From assembly GCA_963820825.1 (NCBI GenBank), contig CAWGBN010000008.1, positions 128,001-192,000 on the forward strand: 64,000 nucleotides of DNA, read 5' to 3'. The notes under the pieces were generated by a model that saw nothing but the letters and a program-made list of their open reading frames with translations, was not told the DNA's origin and did not search any database. Each line of letters opens with the position of its first letter. The first letter of the stretch is position 1. Source of the DNA: Vulcanimicrobiota bacterium (GTDB lineage Bacteria; Vulcanimicrobiota; Vulcanimicrobiia; Vulcanimicrobiales; Vulcanimicrobiaceae). Shown here in pieces: positions 56,597-64,000 of the stretch. The position numbers and the translations under genes were made by a program.

Positions 56597-57600
56597 TTGA
56601 ACCGTCCTCCGACGCGCTCGAAAATTTTCCTGATGCGATTGACCCCTGGTATGGCTTTATGGATTAGCGGCGGCAACTTGCCGGCGCGCGCCATGTTGAT
56701 CGCGCTCGGCAACGTCTTGAGCTGTCCGACGATGTTGAAGAGTCCGGTCGACTTCGGCATCAGCGTGAGTTCGTTGAGCCGCCCGCTATGCTTGACCGAC
56801 TCGGCGAACGCATCGGCGTGACGCGTTCCGGCATTGTGCGTGTAACCGGCGTCGACCGCCATCTTCCGCAGCTTGAGAATCTGCTCGAGCGGGGCGACGC
56901 CTTTGGGACACTGCGTCACGCACTCGAAACAGTGGGTGCAGTCCCAAATTCCACCCGGCTTGCTGAGTTCGCCCAGACGCTCTTTCGTCTTGTCATCGCG
57001 CGGGTCGCCGACGTAGCGATAGGCCTGCGCGAGCGCCTGCGGTCCAAGGAACTCCGGATTAACCGCGAACGACTCGCAGTCCATCAAGCACGCGCTGCAG
57101 CTGATGCAGCTCACCTCTTGAATGAGCTCTTCCATCGAGGCATTGGGAACGCGATACTCTTGGTCGGGCGGCGGAACCGGCTTGTTCTCCAGCCAGGGCT
57201 TGACCGCTAAGTGTTTATCCCAAAACGGTTTCATGTCGCAGACGAGATCGCGGATGATCGGCATCGAGGGTGGCGATTCGACGCGCGTCTTGCCCTCTTG
57301 GGTGAAGGCGGCGAGCTTGCTCTTGCACGCGAGGTTGGCGTGTCCGTTGATCCACATCGCGCACGAGCCGCAGATCGCGCTGCGGCAGGCGCAGCGGACG
57401 GCAAGCGACGGATCCTGGTACTCGCGGATCGCGATGAGCGCATCGAGGACGACCGCATGCTCGGGAAGCTCGACCGTGTAGGTCTGATACCGGCGCACCG
57501 GCGACGCATTCCACGGTGCAGGAAACGGCTGGCCCGGCTGGGCCGCGTCGGCGTAGCTGCCCTCGGGATTGTACCGTCCGACTTCGATCGTAAACTGCAT
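56593..57600 (-). CDS. sdhB: Succinate dehydrogenase/fumarate reductase Fe-S subunit
   Basis: CRSAICGSC..LAC, CISCSACLMDC, CTHCFECVTQCP. Confidence 0.93.
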   Translation of the reverse strand: MQFTIEVGRYNPEGSYADAAQPGQPFPAPWNASPVRRYQTYTVELPEHAVVLDALIAIREYQDPSLAVRCACRSAICGSCAMWINGHANLACKSKLAAFTQEGKTRVESPPSMPIIRDLVCDMKPFWDKHLAVKPWLENKPVPPPDQEYRVPNASMEELIQEVSCISCSACLMDCESFAVNPEFLGPQALAQAYRYVGDPRDDKTKERLGELSKPGGIWDCTHCFECVTQCPKGVAPLEQILKLRKMAVDAGYTHNAGTRHADAFAESVKHSGRLNELTLMPKSTGLFNIVGQLKTLPSAINMARAGKLPPLIHKAIPGVNRIRKIFERVGGRFK

Positions 57601-59282
57601 TAGTAGGTGCGTACCTCGGGCTTCCAGCGAGTAATCGTCACGGGAACGTGCGAGATCTCGGGCTCCTCGCCGTCGCGGCGCAGCGTAAGCAGCGTATGCT
57701 TGAGCCAATCGCGATCGTTGCGCTCGGGATAATCGACGTGCGTGTGGGCGCCGCGGCTCTCTTTTCGCACGATCGCGTCGCGAATGATCGTCTCGCCGCA
57801 GTCGAGCAGAAAGCCAAGCTCGAGGACGAAGGTCAGAGCCTGATTGAAGACGCGCCCCTTATCGCCGACGGCGACGTTCTCGTAGCGTTTGCGGAAACCA
57901 TGAAGCGCTTCCAGCGCCTCGTGCAAGCCGGTATCGCTGCGATAGAGACCGACCTTCTGATCCATCATCGTCGCCAGCTCGAGCCGCAGCCCCGCACAGG
58001 TCTCTCCGGTGTACGGCCGCGCGAGCAGATCCTCCAGGCGCTTCTGCTCCGACCGCAGCAGCTCTTCGCCGCCGGTGCTAGGCTGCACGCCTTTGGCGTA
58101 GCCGGCCGATGCGAGTCCCGAACGCCGGCCGAAGATGATCGTGTCGAGCAGCGAGTTCGCACCGAGGCGATTCCCGCCGTGGACGCTGACGCAGGCAACT
58201 TCGCCGGCCGCATAGAGTCCCGCAATGAGCGTCGCACCCTCGACGTCGGTCTTGATGCCGCCCATCTGATAATGCATTCCCGGGCGAACGGGAACCGGAT
58301 CCTTGATCATGTCGATGCCGAGATAATCGAGCGCCATTTCGTGAATCTGCGGCAGCTTCTTGAGGATGACGTCGGGACCGAGATGGCGCAGGTCGAGCAG
58401 CACGTTGCCGTCAATGCCGCGCCCTTCGGCGATCTCGGTCGCTTCTGCGCGCGAAGTCACGTCGCGTGCCGCCAGCTCCATTTTGTTCGGCGCGTACTTC
58501 TTCATGAAGCGCTCGCCGAGCGAGTTCAGGAGGTAGGCGCCCTCGCCGCGGGCCGCTTCGGTCATCAAAAAGCCGCTGCCGGCGAGCGTCGTCGGATGGT
58601 ACTGCACCATCGACATGTCCATCAACGGCGCGCCGGCGCGATAGGCAAGCGAATAGCCGTCGCCGGTGCAGATCAAGGCGTTGGTGCTCGGCTCGTAGAG
58701 GCGTCCCAAGCCGCCGCTGGCAACGACGACTGCCTTGGCGCGCAGCAGGTGCAGCCCGCCGCTGACCATCTCGAGTGCGACGACGCCGCGACAAGCACCG
58801 CCGTCCATGAAGAGGTTGGTAGCGAACCACTCTTCGTAGACCTTGACGCCGGCCTTCAGAATTTGGTCGTAGAGCGTAACGAGCAGCGCCTGGCCGGTAA
58901 TGTCTCCGACGAAATACGTCCGGGCCAGCGAGGCGCCCCCGAAGGCGCGCGTGCCGAGCTTACCGTCTTCGTTCCGATAGAAGATGACGCCCATGTGCTC
59001 GAACTCGATGATGTCCTGGGGTGCTTCCCGGCACATCACCTCGACGGCGTCTTGATCGGCGAGATAATCGCTGCCCTTGATGGTATCGAAGGCATGCGAT
59101 TCCCAGCTATCGAGCTCGCCGATGGCGGCGTTGATGCCGCCTTGCGCCGCGCTCGAATGGCTACGAATAGGATGAACCTTGGTGACGATGGCCACGTCCG
59201 CGCCGGCGCGGGCCGCTTCGAGGGCCGCACGCATACCGGCCAGACCGGCACCTAATACTATGACGTCGTGATCGGCAATCAC
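57600..59282 (-). CDS. sdhA: Succinate dehydrogenase/fumarate reductase flavoprotein
   Basis: GAGLAG, RSHSSAAQGG, QYHPT, EAARGEG, HYQMGG, SVHGGNRLGANSL, ESRGAH. Confidence 0.95.
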   Translation of the reverse strand: MIADHDVIVLGAGLAGMRAALEAARAGADVAIVTKVHPIRSHSSAAQGGINAAIGELDSWESHAFDTIKGSDYLADQDAVEVMCREAPQDIIEFEHMGVIFYRNEDGKLGTRAFGGASLARTYFVGDITGQALLVTLYDQILKAGVKVYEEWFATNLFMDGGACRGVVALEMVSGGLHLLRAKAVVVASGGLGRLYEPSTNALICTGDGYSLAYRAGAPLMDMSMVQYHPTTLAGSGFLMTEAARGEGAYLLNSLGERFMKKYAPNKMELAARDVTSRAEATEIAEGRGIDGNVLLDLRHLGPDVILKKLPQIHEMALDYLGIDMIKDPVPVRPGMHYQMGGIKTDVEGATLIAGLYAAGEVACVSVHGGNRLGANSLLDTIIFGRRSGLASAGYAKGVQPSTGGEELLRSEQKRLEDLLARPYTGETCAGLRLELATMMDQKVGLYRSDTGLHEALEALHGFRKRYENVAVGDKGRVFNQALTFVLELGFLLDCGETIIRDAIVRKESRGAHTHVDYPERNDRDWLKHTLLTLRRDGEEPEISHVPVTITRWKPEVRTY

Positions 59283-59530
59283 CAGCCGGTAGTTTCCCGA
59301 AAAGAGGCGGCCCCATTCCGAACGCTTGTTCGGCCGGATAGGTAAGCCGGAATAGGTTGGATCATCTGGTAAAGAGGATACCGGCCGGCCCGCGAGGCCG
59401 ATATGCGTTTCGTAGCGACCAGCAAAGGTAGGTGTTCGCCGTGTGTACGTGCCGTTCTCATCGTTGCTCCTCGCTCTTCGGGTTACCGCTCGCTGGGAGC
59501 GTGCATGCGTGCATGGCCGGCGATCTGCCA

Positions 59531-61564
59531 ATGCCGCGCCGCAGTTGGCTCTCCGCGGTCGGCTCGGCCGCCGCAGTAGCCTGGGCGTCGCCGGCATTTG
59601 CCGCCGCCAAGCTCTATGGCAGCGCGGTCGAGTACGACTTCGTTTCGTCAGGCATCGTCAAGGGCTCGCAAACGACGGTACGCCTGCCCGACGGCTCGCT
59701 TTACGTGCGCTTCGAGTACGTCGATCGAGGGCGCGGACCGAAGGTGCGCAGCACGATCGCGCTCGACGACGCCGGCCTGATTCGAACGCTGCAAACGAGC
59801 GGATACAACTACCTCAAAGTTCCGGTGAACGAACGCTTCATCGCGCGCCACGAAACGGCCACCTGGAAGAACTCCGCCGAGCGAGAGACGCAGGCGTATT
59901 CGGCGCCGCGCTTTTACGTGAGCATGGACGGAACGCCGGAGGAAGGCGCGATCCTCGTGCGGGCGGCGCTGCGCGCGCCGCACGGCTCGCTCGATCTTTG
60001 GCCGAGCGGCACCACGAAGGTCGCTGCAATCAAGACGCTCACCGTTCGCGGCGGCACCTCGAGCCGGCGCGTGACGATGTACGAGGCGACGGGTCTCGAT
60101 TTTACGCCGGTGCGGATCTGGCTCGACGAGAACGGCCAACTCTTCGCCTCCGGCGCCATCTGGGGCGCGGTCGTGCAGCGAGGATGGAGCTCGGTGCTGC
60201 CTCAGCTCTTCGACGCGCAGAACCTACGCGTCACCGAGCTTGGCCGCGAGGTTGCGCGATCGCTGCCGCAGCGCAGCGCAACGGCGATCGCGATCGCCAA
60301 CGTCTCGCTCTTCGACTCGGAGGCCGGTGCCGTCGTTCCGAACGCGACGGTCGTTTTCGGCGGCGAGCGCGTGGTCGCGGTCGGCGGATCGGAGATGACG
60401 GTTCCAAGCGACGCGCGCCGGATCGACGGCAGCGGTAAGATGCTGCTGCCCGGGCTGTGGAACATGCACATGCACCTCTTTGCCGATTTCGGTCCGCGAC
60501 TGCTTGCTGAGGGCGTTACCACGATTCGCGATCCCGGAAACTCACCCGAGTATATCGCCAAGACGAAGGCGCAGTTCGAGAGCGGTGAGCTGGTCGGGCC
60601 GCGGGTGATCATCGCCGGGCTGATGGACGGCACGGGAAAGTATACCGCCCCGATCGGCACGACGACCGCGACTCCGGACGAAGCGATCGCGCAGGTGCGC
60701 ATGTGGAAGCAACTCGGCGCGGTGCAAATCAAGATCTATAGCTCGATGGATCCGAAGCTCGTGCCGGTCATCGTGAAAGAGGCGCACGCGCAAGGAATGC
60801 GCGTAAGCGGCCACATTCCCAGCGGAATGCTCGCGCAGGACGCGGTCCGCGAGGGGTTCGACGAGATCCAGCACGTGAACTTTCTCTTCCTGAACTTCAT
60901 GCCGGATACGGAGAGTCTCACCCAGACGCCCGTCCGGTTGACGGCGACGGCGCAGCGCGCCGGGACGATCGATTTGCAGAGCCAGGCAGTCAAAGAGTTC
61001 CTCGCGCTGCTCAAGGCCAAAGAGATCGTCAGCGATCCGACCGTCGGCATCTTCTACACCGACACGATGACCCGGACGGGAGATATCGCGTCAACGGGCT
61101 TCGCCGAAATCGCCGATTGGCTGCCGCCGCAGGTGCGTCGAACGCTCACTACCGGCGGCCTTCCGCTCGGCCCGGGGCTCGACGCGAAATATCGCGCCTC
61201 CGCGCAGGCCTATCTCGACATGGTCATGCTGCTGCATACCAACGGTATTCGCATCGTCGCCGGAACGGACGACATTCTACCGGGTTTCGACCTCATCCAC
61301 GAGTTGGAGCTCTACGCGCAAGCCGGCATTCCGGCAGGCGACGTGCTGCAAAGCGCCACGATCGTGCCGGCGCGGGTGATGCAGATGGACGAATCGCTCG
61401 GTTCGCTGAAAGCCGGCAAGCTCGCCGACGCGATTTTGGTAAACGGCAATCCGATCGCTTCGATCGCGCAGCTGCGCAACGTCGAAACGACCTTCAAGGG
61501 CGGCGTGATGTACGACACTCGCGCGCTGTACGCCAGCGCCGGCGTTACCGCGCCGCCCGCGTGA
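59531..61564 (+). CDS. Secreted amidohydrolase with N-terminal beta-rich domain
   Basis: Tat-like RRSWL, LPGLWNMHMH, GVTTIRD, QIKIY, VSGH, AGTD, GKLAD. Confidence 0.85.
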   Translation: MPRRSWLSAVGSAAAVAWASPAFAAAKLYGSAVEYDFVSSGIVKGSQTTVRLPDGSLYVRFEYVDRGRGPKVRSTIALDDAGLIRTLQTSGYNYLKVPVNERFIARHETATWKNSAERETQAYSAPRFYVSMDGTPEEGAILVRAALRAPHGSLDLWPSGTTKVAAIKTLTVRGGTSSRRVTMYEATGLDFTPVRIWLDENGQLFASGAIWGAVVQRGWSSVLPQLFDAQNLRVTELGREVARSLPQRSATAIAIANVSLFDSEAGAVVPNATVVFGGERVVAVGGSEMTVPSDARRIDGSGKMLLPGLWNMHMHLFADFGPRLLAEGVTTIRDPGNSPEYIAKTKAQFESGELVGPRVIIAGLMDGTGKYTAPIGTTTATPDEAIAQVRMWKQLGAVQIKIYSSMDPKLVPVIVKEAHAQGMRVSGHIPSGMLAQDAVREGFDEIQHVNFLFLNFMPDTESLTQTPVRLTATAQRAGTIDLQSQAVKEFLALLKAKEIVSDPTVGIFYTDTMTRTGDIASTGFAEIADWLPPQVRRTLTTGGLPLGPGLDAKYRASAQAYLDMVMLLHTNGIRIVAGTDDILPGFDLIHELELYAQAGIPAGDVLQSATIVPARVMQMDESLGSLKAGKLADAILVNGNPIASIAQLRNVETTFKGGVMYDTRALYASAGVTAPPA

Positions 61565-61574
61565 AGGTTAGCAG

Positions 61575-62066
61575 GTGAAACGAGTGTGGCTCGCGTGCAT
61601 CCTCGCGGCCGCCGCGGTTGCAACGGCCGATGGGCAGACCCCGAGCGAAATGGCGGCAATGCAGTACTTCGTCGGTACGTGGGCGTGCGTCGCCGGACCG
61701 GTCGGGATGGCCCCGTACGCGGCGACGGCTACGTTCGCAATCGATTCCGGCATCATGCGCGAATCGGACGTCGTTCAGATTCCGCACCGGGCCGCGCCGT
61801 ATACCGTAAGCAAGTCGATCTCGTACGACGCGAAGAACGTCCGCTGGGTCCAAACACAGCTCGACGACGAAGGCGCCTGGAGCGTGTCGTATTTGAAGCC
61901 TTGGACCGGGAAGAACGAGGAGTGGTTGGACCAGTCGAGTTCCGACGGTCGGCTCGGGCGAAACGAGACCGTTCGCACCGGCGCGAACGACTTTGCCTTT
62001 TACGGCTATGCCGCTCCCGCCGACACCAAACCGGACTTCGCGGGGAAGTGCACGCGCTCCACGTAA
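61575..62066 (+). CDS. Secreted hypothetical protein (beta-barrel-like)
   Basis: Signal peptide, MQYFVGTWAC, C-terminal Cys. Confidence 0.7.
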   Translation: MKRVWLACILAAAAVATADGQTPSEMAAMQYFVGTWACVAGPVGMAPYAATATFAIDSGIMRESDVVQIPHRAAPYTVSKSISYDAKNVRWVQTQLDDEGAWSVSYLKPWTGKNEEWLDQSSSDGRLGRNETVRTGANDFAFYGYAAPADTKPDFAGKCTRST

Positions 62067-62132
62067 GCGACGTCTAGTCGTCCGGCGTCTTCGTCGCAGT
62101 AGGCCTCCGCAATCACCGCTTCAGGAGGCTTC

Positions 62133-63371
62133 ATGCTGCAGAACGTCACCGTCACCCCATCTCGCCGGTCGCTCGAGTTCGGCATCTACCGCGACGGCGA
62201 CAACAATCTCGACCGAATTCAGGAGTCGACGCTAACGCAGGCGCTTCGGACGAGTGCGCGCGACGGGCGAATCGAGTTCACCGTCGAGGATACCACCCAT
62301 CTTCGCGCCGGCGACGATTGGATCGCTTCGGGCAAGCTCCACACCGAACGATACACCATTGCGGGCGGCGACGTCGCACACGTGCGCGTCGACAAGGCAC
62401 ACGATATGAGCGACGAGGAGAACTTAGCGCGTTTCGTTGCGAGCACGCTCGACAACGCGGAATCGAACGGTGCGCGGCAGACGTGGATCGATCTCGTCGA
62501 TCACGGCGGCGGCGACGGCGGCGGCCTCGAAACCGGAGACGGCGACGTGATGCCGATGCCGGAGATCGCTCGCGCAATCGCCGACGGCATTGCACTTCAT
62601 ACCCGCGCGCATCCCGAAGATCGAGAGCGCGGCGTCGACGGCGTGGTTGCCAACCAATGCTTGATGGATACCATGGGCTTCGCCGACGCGCTCTCGCGCG
62701 TCGGGGTGCACTATCTCGCCGCGAGCCCCGAGACGATGCTGGCGCCCGGCGTCCCGAGCGGCGTCGCCCACGCGATTGCATCGCACGAAAACGATCCCCG
62801 CGCGATGGCGAAGGCCGTCGTCGGAGAGGTGATGCGCACGAAATACGACGCCGGCGACTTCGGAGGATTCGGTCCCGCGGCCGCCTTCGACGTGCTCGAC
62901 CTCGATTCGCAGAAGATTCAGCACGCCGAAGCGACGATCAAGGCCCTAAACGACGACGTAGCGAGCGAAGCCGCCAACGCGGGCATTCGCCGTGCCGTGC
63001 GGGAAGATGCCCGCGCGATCGACGGCATGATCCGCTTTCCGCAAGGTTCGAAGGACATGCCGTGGCATGCCGACCGTCCGGCAATCGCGTTCTACGACAC
63101 GCTCGCCGGCGACGGGCGCCTCGACGACCGCCTCCGCAACGACGCCGGCGCTTCGCGCGACGCCGTGCGCGATCTCGTCCTCGCGCATCGCGAGAGTGCC
63201 TCGTTCGGACCCTTCGGCGGCGCCGATTACTCCGATGCGGCCGGGCCGACGATCCATCTTCCGACGTCCCGTGGCCAAATCGATCCGTGGGCCGCTGACG
63301 GCGTCAAAGAGACCGACAACGATTTCTATCGCAACGTCGACGAAGCGAAGATGACGCACGTCTTGGCGTAG
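62133..63371 (+). CDS. Clostripain-like (peptidase C11) protein
   Basis: YRDGDNNL, His-Gly motif DHGGG, catalytic Cys in NQCLM, LAASPE; AGGAGG RBS. Confidence 0.7.
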   Translation: MLQNVTVTPSRRSLEFGIYRDGDNNLDRIQESTLTQALRTSARDGRIEFTVEDTTHLRAGDDWIASGKLHTERYTIAGGDVAHVRVDKAHDMSDEENLARFVASTLDNAESNGARQTWIDLVDHGGGDGGGLETGDGDVMPMPEIARAIADGIALHTRAHPEDRERGVDGVVANQCLMDTMGFADALSRVGVHYLAASPETMLAPGVPSGVAHAIASHENDPRAMAKAVVGEVMRTKYDAGDFGGFGPAAAFDVLDLDSQKIQHAEATIKALNDDVASEAANAGIRRAVREDARAIDGMIRFPQGSKDMPWHADRPAIAFYDTLAGDGRLDDRLRNDAGASRDAVRDLVLAHRESASFGPFGGADYSDAAGPTIHLPTSRGQIDPWAADGVKETDNDFYRNVDEAKMTHVLA

Positions 63372-63385
63372 TTCCGCAGCGCGGG

Positions 63386-64000
63386 CTAGCGCCGCAGCTC
63401 GATGCGCGACGGATAGATCGGCCGGTTGATGATGCGCTCGAGCGTCGTCGCCGGCGCGCTCAATGCGATCTCGGCAAAGCGCGTGAAGGCTTCGCGCGTC
63501 GCCTCTCCTTCCGCATAGCGCTCGTTGTGCTCCATCTCGACTCGACCGCGCACCGGCAGCAAGCGGATTGCGCGCCCGTCGTCGTCCTCGCCGATCTCGG
63601 CAAGCTCGGAGTCGGCAAAGATGCGCAACGCCGCGCCAACCGTGCGATCGCGCGCCCGGTCGATATCTAAGGTTCCGGCGATCTCCGCATCGCCGCCGCG
63701 CACGACTCCGGAGCGTGCCAATCCGCGAAGTCCGCGATAGATCTCGCGCAGAACGCCGATCGGCGGCGCGTCGAGATCGATGAGAAACTCGTTGAGCCCG
63801 CGATCCTTCTTCCCGTAAAGCAAGTGGATGCGCGCGGCGTCGCCGTCGCGGCCGGCGCGGCCCGCCTGCTGGTTGAACTCGCCGAAGTCAAAGTTGAGGT
63901 GATAGAGCACGACGTCGGCGACGTCCGGAAGATCGATCCCCTCGCCGAACGCGGACGTGGCGATCACGACGCGCAAGCGACCTTCGCGAAAGAGCCGCTC
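63386..64000 (-). CDS. 3' end of a RecQ-type SF2 helicase domain (possibly a RecJ-helicase fusion)
   Basis: VIATSAFGEGIDLPDV, QQAGRAGRDG; 5' part outside the window. Confidence 0.75.
   Translation of the reverse strand, partial: ERLFREGRLRVVIATSAFGEGIDLPDVADVVLYHLNFDFGEFNQQAGRAGRDGDAARIHLLYGKKDRGLNEFLIDLDAPPIGVLREIYRGLRGLARSGVVRGGDAEIAGTLDIDRARDRTVGAALRIFADSELAEIGEDDDGRAIRLLPVRGRVEMEHNERYAEGEATREAFTRFAEIALSAPATTLERIINRPIYPSRIELRR

Overview
GC-rich bacterial chromosomal window. The many lipobox beta-propeller lipoproteins, XRE-STAND regulator and Firmicutes-like core synteny suggest Eremiobacterota/Vulcanimicrobiota (inference). Housekeeping genes: gcvT/gcvH, speD/speE, sufB plus a Rieske ferredoxin, tRNA-Thr(CGU), mntR-mntH, rpsF-ssb, rpsR-rplI-lonC-dnaB, a GS-family gene, rel, apt, an HdrB-anchored (type E-like) succinate dehydrogenase and the 3' end of a RecQ-type helicase domain. 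These are interleaved with secreted lipoproteins and hydrolases that split normally contiguous operons. The most notable accessory locus is a PQQ cluster in the order pqqA-C-D-E-B followed by two paralogous S9 peptidases. Its 35-aa PqqA is missed by the ORF track and is in frame with pqqC, separated by one TAA; pqqC has no ATG/GTG/TTG start. Other notable items: a ~240-nt structured leader on speD, a tandem MITE-like element supplying the dnaB stop codon, a tandem MntR-like operator, a Gram-positive-type LexA box, and twin unknown four-Cys proteins flanking a lipoprotein. No CRISPR array, integrase or transposase is visible. All calls come from motif reading only; no searches were run.
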